From the NCBI GenBank assembly GCA_050916045.1, contig CP051526.1, forward strand, positions 544,001 to 608,000: a stretch of 64,000 nt of DNA, read 5' to 3'. Within the stretch, counting starts at the first letter, position 1. Each line of letters opens with the position of its first letter. Of this stretch, positions 43,117 to 52,520 are shown one piece after another. The notes below the pieces were generated by a model. It searched no databases and was not told the origin of the DNA. It saw nothing but the letters and a program-made list of their open reading frames with translations. The translations under genes were made by a program, and so were the position numbers. This DNA comes from Tepidisphaera sp. (GTDB lineage Bacteria; Planctomycetota; Phycisphaerae; Phycisphaerales; UBA1924).

Positions 43117-44051
43117 GCGCCCGCGCCGTGGAAACCCCGATGCTCGCGCCCAAGTGGCAGCCGCGATGGGCGCCTTGGCTCTTCCTTTCGCCCTTTCTCC
43201 TCATCTTCGTGGTGTTCACCGCGTATCCGCTGGTGCGGTCGCTGGTGCTCTCCCTTGAGCAGACGTGGGGCCCGGGCGAGTCGCGGTTCGTCGGCGCGGC
43301 GAACTACAAGTGGCTCCTGACCGACCGGCTGTTCTACAAAGCCCTCTCGAACACGGTGCTCTACACCCTGGGTTCGCTTTTCATCCAGCTCCCGCTGGCC
43401 TTGTTCCTGGCACTGGTGCTTGAGACGCCCGGCCTCCGCGGCAAAGCCATCTACCGCGTGATCCTCTTCTCGCCGTCCCTGGTGGGTGTCGTCTTCGCGG
43501 CGATGATGTTCGGGCTGATCCTGGAAGCACGCTCGGGCCTGCTCAACCGCGTTCTTCACGCGGGGACGTCGTTCCTTCCCGAAGCATGGCGGTGGAATCT
43601 CGACTTCGCCTGGCTCACCGAGTACACGATCGCCGCGATGGTCGTCGCGTCGCTCTGGATGTTCGTCGGGTTCAACATGGTGTACTTCTCGGCCGCGCTG
43701 CAGAGCGTCCGGGCGGACCTCCGCGAAGCGGCGACGCTTGACGGGGCGGGCCGCTGGGCGCGGTTCCGGCACGTGGTGTGGCCGGCGATCCGACCGGTTT
43801 CGAGCTTCGTCGTGCTGCTCTCGGTGGTCGGGTCGCTCCAGCTTTTCGAGCTTCCGTACATGATTCTGGATGCGGCGGGCCGGCCGAGCGATTCGGGCCT
43901 GACGCTCATCATGTACCTGTACCGCAATGGGTTTGAATCGGGCGATCTCGGGTACGCGAGCGCGATCGGCTGGGTGCTGGGGATCGTGCTGATCGCGTGC
44001 TCCGCGTTCGAGCGTGTGCTTTCGCGTGGTGAAGCGGAGGGCACGGCGTGA
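43113..44051 (+). CDS. Carbohydrate ABC transporter permease
   Basis: WLFLSPFL, FVGAANY, EAATLDGA EAA loop, GYASAIG. Confidence 0.93.
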   Translation: MSARAVETPMLAPKWQPRWAPWLFLSPFLLIFVVFTAYPLVRSLVLSLEQTWGPGESRFVGAANYKWLLTDRLFYKALSNTVLYTLGSLFIQLPLALFLALVLETPGLRGKAIYRVILFSPSLVGVVFAAMMFGLILEARSGLLNRVLHAGTSFLPEAWRWNLDFAWLTEYTIAAMVVASLWMFVGFNMVYFSAALQSVRADLREAATLDGAGRWARFRHVVWPAIRPVSSFVVLLSVVGSLQLFELPYMILDAAGRPSDSGLTLIMYLYRNGFESGDLGYASAIGWVLGIVLIACSAFERVLSRGEAEGTA

Positions 44052-44950
44052 ACAACAAGCACACCAAGTCGGGCCGCTTGCGTGCGACGCTGATCCTCTG
44101 GATCGCGTGCTTTGTCACGCTTCTGCCGCTGGTCTGGCTGGTGATCTCGAGCTTCAAGACCAACGAGTCGTTCCTGACCTCGCTTTTGGTCCCCAAGTCG
44201 CCGATCGTCGCCGAGGGAGTGGATCCGAGCACGATTCCCCCAGAGGACCTGCGGTGGAAGTACGACCTCACGCTGCTCACCTTCAAGCACTATCGCGAGC
44301 TTTTCGGACAGCTCGATTTCGTGACCCCGCTGCTGAATTCCGTGCTGCTCTCGAGCGCGACAGCGGTGCTGGGCACGCTTTTCGCCGCGATGGGCGGGTA
44401 CGCCCTCGCCCGGTTCGAGTTCGCGGGTCGCAAGCTCGTCACGGCGCTGGTGATCGGTGCGGTGCTGATCCCCGCGCCGCTGCTGCTGGCTCCCGGGTAT
44501 GAGCTGCTCTTCAAGATCGGCCTGCTCAACACGTTCACGGGCGTCATCCTGCCCGCGGCCGCGCCGGCGTTCGGGGTCTTCCTGTTCCGGCAGTCGATCA
44601 TGTCGAGCGTGCCCCGTGAGCTTCTCGAAGCCGCCCGCTTGGACGGGTGTGGCGAGGTCCGGATGTTCTTCGCGGTGGTCATGCCGCTGGTCAAGCCGAT
44701 GATCGGCACGTTCGTGATGCTGACGTTCCTGGGGGCGTGGAACAACTTCGTGACCCCGCAGGTGATTCTGCAAAGCGAGAGTAAATTCCCGCTTTCGGTC
44801 GCGGTCGCTCAGCTCCGCGGGACGTACTACCAGAACTATGGTTTGCAGATGGCGGGAACGGTCGTGTCGATCGTCCCCGTGCTGGTGCTGTTCCTCGCCC
44901 TGCAGCGGTCGTTCGTCAGCGGGCTGACGGCGGGAGCGGTCAAGTCGTAA
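44048..44950 (+). CDS. Carbohydrate ABC transporter permease
   Basis: SSFKT, GYALARFEFAGR, PRELLEAARLDG, FVSGLTAGAVK. Confidence 0.93.
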   Translation: MNNKHTKSGRLRATLILWIACFVTLLPLVWLVISSFKTNESFLTSLLVPKSPIVAEGVDPSTIPPEDLRWKYDLTLLTFKHYRELFGQLDFVTPLLNSVLLSSATAVLGTLFAAMGGYALARFEFAGRKLVTALVIGAVLIPAPLLLAPGYELLFKIGLLNTFTGVILPAAAPAFGVFLFRQSIMSSVPRELLEAARLDGCGEVRMFFAVVMPLVKPMIGTFVMLTFLGAWNNFVTPQVILQSESKFPLSVAVAQLRGTYYQNYGLQMAGTVVSIVPVLVLFLALQRSFVSGLTAGAVKS

Positions 44951-44992
44951 AGACGGTGTGAAGCGGGGCCGCAAAGGCCACCGAGGAGGTCG

Positions 44993-46417
44993 ATGATGTT
45001 CCGTGACGGATTCATTTGGGGTGCGGCGAGCAGCTCGTACCAGATCGAGGGTGGAGCCACGGCGCACGGCCGCGGCCCCAGCGTTTGGGACGCGTTCTGC
45101 GCCGAACAGGGCAAGGTCTACCGCAACCAGTCCGGTGCGGTCGCCTGCGACCACTACCACCGCGTCTCCGAGGACGTCGCGATCATGAAGCGGATGGGCC
45201 TGCACGCCTACCGGTTCTCGACCTCTTGGTCGCGGATCATGCCCACCGGCCGCGGTGCCGTCAACGGCGCGGGCTTGGCGTTCTACGACCGCTTGGTCGA
45301 CGAGCTGCTCGCGGCCAAGATCGAACCCTGGCTCACGCTTTTCCACTGGGACTATCCCCAGGCTCTTCAGCTCGAGGGTGGCTGGATGAACCCCGACTCC
45401 TCGAAGTGGTTCGCCGACTACACCGATGTCGTCGTGCGCCGCCTCGGCGACCGCGTCCGGCACTGGATGACGATCAATGAGCCGCAGGTCTACATCGGTC
45501 TTGGCCACCGCGACGGCACGCACGCCCCGGGCATGAAGCTCTCGACCGCCCAGTGGCTCCAGTGTGGCCACAACACGCTGCTGGCCCACGGCCGCGGAGC
45601 CCAGGTCATCCGTGCTTCGGCCGCCCGCACGCCGACAGTCGGTTGGGCGCTTGTCAACCGCGTCGAGTATCCCGCGACGGACTCGCCGGCCGACATCGAA
45701 GCCGCCCGCCGCTCGACGCTCTCCGTCACCGTGAAGGACACCTGGAGCAACACCTGGTGGGCCGACCCCGCCCTCCGCGGCCACTACCCGGAGGACGGCC
45801 TCAAGCTCTTCGGAGCCGATGCTCCCAAGACCGCTCCCGGCGACATGGAGACCATCAACCAGCCGCTGGACTTCTACGGCGTCAACATCTATTCGGGCGA
45901 AGCCGTGAAAGCCGGACCCGACGGCAACCCGGTCAACGTCCCGTGGTCTGATGGCAACCCCATCACCACCTTCCGCTGGAACATCGCGCCCAAGTCGCTG
46001 CAGTGGGGGCCCCGCTTCCTCTACGAGCGGTACAAGACGCCCATCATCGTCACCGAGAATGGAATGGCCAACGCCGACTGGGTCCACGCCGACGGCCAGG
46101 TCCATGATCCCCAGCGCATCGACTTCACCCGCGGGTACCTGCAGGAACTCGCAAAGGCCGCTGCTGCGGGCACCGACATCCGCGGGTACTTCCACTGGTC
46201 CATCCTCGACAACTTCGAGTGGGCCGAGGGATACCGCGAACGCTTCGGCCTCGTCCATGTCGACTTTGAAACCGGCAAACGCACGCCCAAGGACTCCGCC
46301 GCGTGGTACCGCGACGTCATCGCGACCAACGGCCGCAACCTCGGCGTTTCCGACGCATCTGCCAAGCCCGGCGCCGTTCTCGAACCTGGTCCCCTTCGCG
46401 CGGAGGTCGTCCGATGA
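44993..46417 (+). CDS. GH1 beta-glucosidase (no signal peptide)
   Basis: FIWGAASSSYQIEG, ACDHYHR, YRFSTSWSRI, TINEP (acid/base), IVTENG (nucleophile), WSILDNFEWAEGY. Confidence 0.96.
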   Translation: MMFRDGFIWGAASSSYQIEGGATAHGRGPSVWDAFCAEQGKVYRNQSGAVACDHYHRVSEDVAIMKRMGLHAYRFSTSWSRIMPTGRGAVNGAGLAFYDRLVDELLAAKIEPWLTLFHWDYPQALQLEGGWMNPDSSKWFADYTDVVVRRLGDRVRHWMTINEPQVYIGLGHRDGTHAPGMKLSTAQWLQCGHNTLLAHGRGAQVIRASAARTPTVGWALVNRVEYPATDSPADIEAARRSTLSVTVKDTWSNTWWADPALRGHYPEDGLKLFGADAPKTAPGDMETINQPLDFYGVNIYSGEAVKAGPDGNPVNVPWSDGNPITTFRWNIAPKSLQWGPRFLYERYKTPIIVTENGMANADWVHADGQVHDPQRIDFTRGYLQELAKAAAAGTDIRGYFHWSILDNFEWAEGYRERFGLVHVDFETGKRTPKDSAAWYRDVIATNGRNLGVSDASAKPGAVLEPGPLRAEVVR

Positions 46418-47832
46418 GCCGGTCCAATCCGAATCCGTTCCTGCTCGCCGCGTCCTGCGCCGCGACCATGGCTGCTTCCGCGCTCGCCCAGCCCGAGCCC
46501 GGCCCGTGGCGCATGACGTTTCAGGATGAGTTCTCGACCAACATCATCGACGCTTCCAATTGGCGGCTGGTCAATCAAGCCTGGCCCTACAACGACGAGC
46601 GCCAGTACTACAGGCCATCCGCCGTCACGCAGTCGGGCGGCAAGATGATCATCACCGCCACCAACCAGCCCTTCGGCGGCCGCTTGTACACCTCCGGCCG
46701 CGTCGAAAGCGGCGGGAACCGCTTCAACCAGCAGTTCGGCCGGTTTGAGTGGCGAGCCAAGCTCCCCCGCACGCAGGGCATCTGGCCCGCGCTCTGGCTC
46801 CTGCCCGAGAACCAGTGGCCCCCCGAGATCGACGTGATGGAGCTCCTCGGCCACGAGCCCAACAAGGTCTACTTCACCCACCATTACGGCACCGCCCAAG
46901 CTCCGCGCAATCAGAGCAGCAGCTTCGTCGGGCCCGATTTCTCCGCAGACTTCCACAACTTCGCCTGCGAGTGGTGGCCGGACCGCATCGAGTGGTTCGT
47001 CGACGGCACGCTCCGCGCGACGCACCGCAACGCGATCCCGCGCATGCCGATGTACCTCATCATGAACGTCGCGGTCGGCGGGTTCTGGCCCGGATACCCC
47101 GACGGCACCACCACCTTCCCGCAGCGGATGGAGATGGACTGGGTCCGCGTCTGGGAGCGGTACCTGCTCAACGAGAGCTTCGAGGACCCCGGCCCTGGCG
47201 CGGGCGTCCCGTTCTATGGCTGGACGAAGTGGGGCAACGTCTTCACCGATAGCGATGACGGCCGCACGCCTCTGACCAGCCGCGGCATCAAGATGTTCGG
47301 CAACTTCAACGGCCAGCCGAACGCTTCCGGTCTCTGGCAGGCATCCACCGACGTCGCTCCGGGTCAGGTCTGGCGGGTTCGTTCGTGGTGGAAGCACCGC
47401 GCGGACGACGCGATCGCCGGCGGCAACTCGGCTTCGATCTCGATCGAGTGGCGCAACGCCGCCGACGAGTTCATTTCCGAGACGCTGACGGTCGCTCTGA
47501 CCTCCGCTTCGCCGACGAACACGTACCGCGAGGTGATCGCCGAGGGGCTCGCCCCGCCCGGCACGGCGTCCGCGCGGGTCGTCGCGAAGTTCTTCCAGCC
47601 AGCCCAATCCGCCGGCGCCGCGTACGTCGATGACATCTCCCTCGAGTTCGTCGGATGCGGAGCGGATTTCAACGGCGACGGGTTCGTCGACTTCTTCGAC
47701 TACGACGACTACGTCCAGTGCTACGAGACCGGTGCATGCCCGGCGGGCGAATCGGCGGACGTCAACGGCGATGCGTTCGTCGATTTCTTCGACTACGACG
47801 CCTTCGTCGCGATGTTTGAAGCCGGCTGCTAA
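46414..47832 (+). CDS. Secreted GH16 endo-beta-1,3-glucanase (laminarinase-like) + CBM-like module + two-repeat dockerin-like tail
   Basis: Signal peptide; FQDEF, YTSGRV, GIWPALWLLP, WPPEIDVME catalytic motif, NVAVGG, DWVRVW; ATG 46414 overlaps the GH1 stop. Confidence 0.92.
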   Translation: MSRSNPNPFLLAASCAATMAASALAQPEPGPWRMTFQDEFSTNIIDASNWRLVNQAWPYNDERQYYRPSAVTQSGGKMIITATNQPFGGRLYTSGRVESGGNRFNQQFGRFEWRAKLPRTQGIWPALWLLPENQWPPEIDVMELLGHEPNKVYFTHHYGTAQAPRNQSSSFVGPDFSADFHNFACEWWPDRIEWFVDGTLRATHRNAIPRMPMYLIMNVAVGGFWPGYPDGTTTFPQRMEMDWVRVWERYLLNESFEDPGPGAGVPFYGWTKWGNVFTDSDDGRTPLTSRGIKMFGNFNGQPNASGLWQASTDVAPGQVWRVRSWWKHRADDAIAGGNSASISIEWRNAADEFISETLTVALTSASPTNTYREVIAEGLAPPGTASARVVAKFFQPAQSAGAAYVDDISLEFVGCGADFNGDGFVDFFDYDDYVQCYETGACPAGESADVNGDAFVDFFDYDAFVAMFEAGC

Positions 47833-47873
47833 GCCGCGAACCGGACTCCATCGAGCGGCGAACGATTGGCTCG

Positions 47874-48122
47874 ATGACGCCCGATCGCCCGATCGTCCTC
47901 AAAGCCGCCACCTGCACCACGTGCGGGCACCTTCTGCGTGGCTTGACGCCGGCGCAGAAAGCCGTCGTCTGCCCGGAATGTGGCTCCACCGTCGTCTTTG
48001 ACCTCCGCACCCCCGTGCCACGCCCGGAAACCGGTCCCTACTGGCGTGGCACGTCGCTGCTCACGATCTCGCTCCTCGCCGCCGTGCTGATCGCGGTGCT
48101 CGTCATTCTGGCGTTCGCCTGA
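47874..48122 (+). CDS. Small zinc-ribbon protein with C-terminal TM helix
   Basis: CTTCGHLLRGL...CPECG followed by a hydrophobic helix. Confidence 0.65.
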   Translation: MTPDRPIVLKAATCTTCGHLLRGLTPAQKAVVCPECGSTVVFDLRTPVPRPETGPYWRGTSLLTISLLAAVLIAVLVILAFA

Positions 48123-48201
48123 TTCCTTGTCCGGCCACCAAAAACCTAAAACGACCACAGGCCGCCCTTTGAGCGTAAACCCAAAGAACGGCCTGCTTGA
48201 A

Positions 48202-48273
48202 AGCGGGTGGACGGATTTGAACCGACGACATTCACGTTGGCAACGTGACGCTCTACCACTGAGCTACACCCGC
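48202..48273 (-). tRNA. tRNA-Gly (anticodon GCC)
   Basis: GCGGGTG/CACCCGC acceptor, AGCTCAGTGGTAGAGC, TCACG-TTGCCAA-CGTGA, GGTTCAAATCC; CCA not encoded. Confidence 0.96.
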
Positions 48274-48367
48274 AGGATGTCAAAGACTGTCAGAACCGGA
48301 CGAAACCCGAAACTGTCGGCCCGCCGTCCTGCGATCCAGGTCATCGGCGCTCCCGTTTGGGGCCATG

Positions 48368-48396
48368 AATCTAGACGGACGATCCCGCCAAGTCAA
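48368..48396 (-). promoter_or_regulatory. Sigma70-type promoter of tRNA-Gly
   Basis: TTGACT-N17-TAGATT on the minus strand. Confidence 0.65.
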
Positions 48397-48463
48397 CCCC
48401 CTTCCAACCCATTCAGTCCGCACCCATCGGGACCTCCCGCCGGGTGGCCAGTCGCTTATCGGC

Positions 48464-50794
48464 TCACCCGCCCCGGTTCGCTTGCGCAAAGGCCGTGGAG
48501 ATGTCATCATCGGTCGGCTGATAGTAGAGGAATCGAGGCTTTGTCTCGCCGGGGTGCTCGATTGAGATGAGGGGGATTCCGACCTCGCCGAGTTGTTTGA
48601 GCTTTCCCCATCCGGGAGCGGAGGATGCGGTCACGTCGGCGAAGAAAGTCGCGACGGACGGCTCATCGGTTCTGGCAGCGATTTTCTGGTGCTCGGGGGT
48701 ATCCAGCCTGAAGGTGATCCCGCTCGTGCACCACTCCGCCGAAAAGACCGTCACGACGGTCTTCCCGGCGGCCTTCGCTTCCGCTTCGGCTTCGGGCGAC
48801 CAGGGGCGAGCGTTTCGGAACGCGCCCTTCTTCTCCGCTTCGTCGGAGGCGGTGGCCTGTGTTCCGCGAGCTTTCTGGAGGAGCCCCGTCACTTCGGCGA
48901 CGGAGCTCGGGTAGTAGGACTTGAGGGGCTCCTGGGCGCCGGGGCCTTGGTACGAGACGACGGGGATGCCGACTTCCTTGAGTTCCTTGAGGCGTTTCCA
49001 GCCGACGGCCGTGCGGCTTGTGAGGTCGGCCATCATCGCGACGACGTTGGGGTCCTTGAGGGCTTTGGTCACTTCCTCTTCGCTCAGGGTGCCGGCTTTG
49101 AGGAACTGGCAGTTGATGCACCATTCGGCGGTGAAGTCGATGACGACGGTCTTGCCGGCGGCGAGCGCGGCGGCTTCGGCTTCGGGCGAATACGCGATCC
49201 ACGCCGAACTCGCTTCGTACTTCCGCTTGTGGACGTCGTGAAGCCTGAGTGTCCACATCAGCATCCCGCCGCCGACGACGAGCGCCGTCAGCACGAGCAC
49301 GCCCTTGCCCACGCCCGTTCGCGCGTTCGGCACGCCCTTGCCGATCATCCACGCGCACGCTCCGACGATCAGCATCGTCATGACCCACCAGTGGATCATC
49401 GACTTCATGAACGGGGCTTCGGCGACCAGCGCCAGGATCCCGTTGCCCAGGAAGAAGACGGCGACCGCGATCATCATCAGGCCCATGACCTGCTTGATCA
49501 GGTCGCTGCCCGGGCCGGCTTTGGGAAGCTTTTTCGTCAGCGCGGGGAATGCCGCGAGGACCACGTACGGGAATGCCATCCCGATCCCGACGAACGTCAT
49601 CGCGAAGAGGGGGATCAGAGCGTTTTCCTGCTGTGTCGCCCACGAAAGCGCTGCGCCGATGAACGGCCCGAAGCACGGGGTCCCGAGCACCGCCGTCATC
49701 ACGCCGAACAGGAACGAACCCTTGAGCGTGTCGTGCCCGACGTTGATCGCGTACACCGACTGCGGAAGCTGGATCGTGAACGCTCCCATCAGGCCGACGG
49801 CCATGATGCCGATCACCGCCGCCGCTCCAAGCTGAAACAGCGGGTGGCCGAAGAGGAAATTCACGCTATCCACGACCTTGAGCACCGAGATCAACAGAGC
49901 GATCACGAACCAGAATGCGACGATGCCCAGCGCGGTCATCACGCCCAGAAGCACCGCTCGCCCGCGCCCGCCCCCCTGGTGCTCCGCCGCCCGCTGGAAC
50001 CCCGCGATCTTGATCGGAATCACCGGAAGCACGCACGGCATGATGTTCAGGATGAACCCCGCGAGTGCACACACCGCCATCAGAAGCGCAAGCCCGAACG
50101 TTCCGCCCGCGTCGATCTTGAAGAGGCCAAGGTCGATCACGCTGCTGAGCGGCGCCTTGGCGGGCGCGGTCGGAGCGGCCGCTTCGGACTCAAATCCCTT
50201 CGCGTCAAACCCCGCCGGCCACGTCGGAGCCGCCGGAGCATCCGCCGCGATGGTGAGCGTCAGCGTCGCTTCGCCGGGCTCCTCCATGAGGCACATGCCC
50301 TTGTCGGTGCACGCTTGCGACGACCAGCGGACCTTGATCTCGCGGGGGCCCGGAGCGGCGCCCGCATCCACGGTGATCGGCAGGTAGACCGGCACCGTTC
50401 CTTCGAGGAACGCCGACCGTTCCGCGAGAGCCCCTTCGCCCACCATCTTGACGATCGGCTTGGGCCACTGCGAGGCTTTCAGGGTGAGCCCGGAGTCCTT
50501 GGCGAACTCCGCCGTGGCGGTCGACAGGATGCCGGTGGCTTCCCCTCCGCCCAGCGCCGACCAGTCCGGGGGGTAGATGTGCCAGGTGTCGTCGACGACG
50601 AACGTCACGGTGACCAGGGCTTTCCCGCCCGGAGCCACCGTGGCCGGGGTAATCGTCGCCGAGACCTTGACCACACTTTCCGGCTGCGCCGCCGCCCGGG
50701 GTGCCGTCCAGCCCAGGATCGCCAGACCGACCAACAGCAGGCCAAGGGTCGATCGAAGGGCGGGAAGGAGGGTCGATGTCCGGAATCGTGCCAT
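48464..50794 (-). CDS. DsbD/ScsB-like thiol:disulfide interchange membrane protein with duplicated thioredoxin domain
   Basis: WHIY and QACTDKGMC (N-domain), LNIMPCVLPVIPIK and TPCFGPF (TM domain), DFTAEWCINC (thioredoxin), second copy FSAEWCTSG. Confidence 0.9.
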   Translation of the reverse strand: MARFRTSTLLPALRSTLGLLLVGLAILGWTAPRAAAQPESVVKVSATITPATVAPGGKALVTVTFVVDDTWHIYPPDWSALGGGEATGILSTATAEFAKDSGLTLKASQWPKPIVKMVGEGALAERSAFLEGTVPVYLPITVDAGAAPGPREIKVRWSSQACTDKGMCLMEEPGEATLTLTIAADAPAAPTWPAGFDAKGFESEAAAPTAPAKAPLSSVIDLGLFKIDAGGTFGLALLMAVCALAGFILNIMPCVLPVIPIKIAGFQRAAEHQGGGRGRAVLLGVMTALGIVAFWFVIALLISVLKVVDSVNFLFGHPLFQLGAAAVIGIMAVGLMGAFTIQLPQSVYAINVGHDTLKGSFLFGVMTAVLGTPCFGPFIGAALSWATQQENALIPLFAMTFVGIGMAFPYVVLAAFPALTKKLPKAGPGSDLIKQVMGLMMIAVAVFFLGNGILALVAEAPFMKSMIHWWVMTMLIVGACAWMIGKGVPNARTGVGKGVLVLTALVVGGGMLMWTLRLHDVHKRKYEASSAWIAYSPEAEAAALAAGKTVVIDFTAEWCINCQFLKAGTLSEEEVTKALKDPNVVAMMADLTSRTAVGWKRLKELKEVGIPVVSYQGPGAQEPLKSYYPSSVAEVTGLLQKARGTQATASDEAEKKGAFRNARPWSPEAEAEAKAAGKTVVTVFSAEWCTSGITFRLDTPEHQKIAARTDEPSVATFFADVTASSAPGWGKLKQLGEVGIPLISIEHPGETKPRFLYYQPTDDDISTAFAQANRGG

Positions 50795-51013
50795 AGATGC
50801 CTTGTTTAATGCCGCCGAGGGCGCGAAGTTCTTCCTGCCGCCCCCCGGATCGGTTTTCAGGACCGATATCGACGGGCGGGACCCTCAATCATAGCGATAG
50901 GATGGTGTACGGGTACGCTTCTTCCGGACAGTCGGGGCCCCCCGGCCGATGGACAAGCACGAAGCGTCGGTTCCCGTTCTAACCGGGCCGGCGCGACCGA
51001 GGGCCTTTCGTCC

Positions 51014-52051
51014 ATGGCGGACCTGCTGGACCAATCTGAAGTCGACCGTCTGCTCGCCGGCATCGGCGATGCGTCCGCGGCCACGGATGCGTCGGCCGAC
51101 GGTCCCGGCAAGCCGGCGATCTTCGCCCGCCGCAGCGGCATGGCCGCTCACAACGACCTGGAGGTCAAGGAATACGACTTCAAGCGGCCCGAACGCGTCT
51201 CCAAGGACCAGATGCGGGCCCTGCAGACCGTCCACGAGAGCTTCGCCCGAAACTTCGGCGCCGCACTCTCCGGGTTCCTGCGCACGATCGTGGAGGTCAA
51301 GGTCGCTACGTGCGAGCAGATGACGTACTCGGAGTTCATCTCCGGCCTGCCGAACCCGACGAGCTTCAACCTGATCGAATCGCCGGGCCTCGAAGGTCAG
51401 ATCTGTCTTGAGATCAGCCCGCTCATCATTTATCCGATCATCGACCGCCTGCTCGGCGGGAGCACCAAGGACCTCTTCATCCCCCAGCGTCCGATGACGG
51501 GGATCGAGAGCCGCCTGATCGGCAACGTGACAAGCCGCGGCTTGGCCGCGCTCTCCGAAGCCTGGTCCAGCGTCCGCAAGCTCGAGTTCGACATCACCGC
51601 GACCGAAAGCAACCCTCAGCTCGTCCAGATCGTCCCGCCCAACGAGGTCGTGATCGTGATCGGGTTTGAGCTTCGCATGAACGCCCGCGCGGGCACGATG
51701 AACCTGTGCATCCCGTACAACGTCATCGAGCCGTTGATGGAAGAGCTGAGCAACCAGAGCTGGTTTTCGGCTTCCCGCAACCAGCGTCAGCCCGACATCG
51801 AGCGGCAGATCTCGAAGAATCTCAGCCGCGCGGGCGTCGAGCTCGCCGTCGTGCTCGCGGAAACGACGATCACGCTCCACGATCTGCTCGTGATGGTCCC
51901 CGGCGACATCATCTCGACCGAGCGAGCGGCCAACCTGCCCGCAGTGGTGTCGGTCGAGGGCGAGAAGAAGTTCCTCGCGGAAGTGGGGCAGTACAAGCAG
52001 TCGCGAGCGATCCGCATCGTCAAGCCCGTGAGCGGCGGAGACCGGGTGTAG
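51014..52051 (+). CDS. fliM: Flagellar motor switch protein FliM
   Basis: LLDQSEVDRLL CheY-binding N-terminus, YDFKRPERVSKDQMRAL, ESNPQLVQIVPPNEVV, MNLCIPY. Confidence 0.95.
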   Translation: MADLLDQSEVDRLLAGIGDASAATDASADGPGKPAIFARRSGMAAHNDLEVKEYDFKRPERVSKDQMRALQTVHESFARNFGAALSGFLRTIVEVKVATCEQMTYSEFISGLPNPTSFNLIESPGLEGQICLEISPLIIYPIIDRLLGGSTKDLFIPQRPMTGIESRLIGNVTSRGLAALSEAWSSVRKLEFDITATESNPQLVQIVPPNEVVIVIGFELRMNARAGTMNLCIPYNVIEPLMEELSNQSWFSASRNQRQPDIERQISKNLSRAGVELAVVLAETTITLHDLLVMVPGDIISTERAANLPAVVSVEGEKKFLAEVGQYKQSRAIRIVKPVSGGDRV

Positions 52052-52053
52052 CT

Positions 52054-52470
52054 TCATCGTTCATACCGAGGATCGTCAGCTTTCAGCATCTCGTCCGGGA
52101 CCGGCATGGCCGTGAGGATCACGGCGTCGATCGTCGGGCGGTTCTCGAGCAGGCATCGTGCGGCTCGGTGCATGCCGTCGAGCACGGCGAGCGGGTTGTC
52201 GCCCAGGGGGCCGAGGATGATCGGGACCGAGAGGTCGGCGGTCATGATCCGGCGGCAGTGGTCGGCGACCGCCCGGCAGGTCGGCTTCTTGCCCCACGCG
52301 TCGCTGAACCAGCAGACCTCATCCATCTCGCGGATCGCGCTCACGGGCACCGGCCGAGGCGTAAGCCCGACCGCCGCCGCCCAGAGCGTCGTCACGTGCC
52401 ACACCCGCTTGCCGTCAGAAAGCACGCGAGGTTCGCCGCCCGGATGGTGTGAAGCGGGGTTGAAAGCCAT
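52054..52470 (-). CDS. Small ParB/Srx-fold-like hypothetical protein
   Basis: ADLSVPIIL...VLDGMHRAAR resembles the ParB/sulfiredoxin DGxHR motif. Confidence 0.65.
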   Translation of the reverse strand: MAFNPASHHPGGEPRVLSDGKRVWHVTTLWAAAVGLTPRPVPVSAIREMDEVCWFSDAWGKKPTCRAVADHCRRIMTADLSVPIILGPLGDNPLAVLDGMHRAARCLLENRPTIDAVILTAMPVPDEMLKADDPRYER

Positions 52471-52520
52471 GAGGGAAGGTACGGCGGTCGGAGTGCGCCA
52501 ATCCACGCGACCGCGTGCCG

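Noticed and set aside
51014..52051. fliM without neighbouring flagellar genes (likewise prkA without yeaH/spoVR)
   Set aside because: Dispersed operons are common in planctomycetes; nothing can be concluded from one window.
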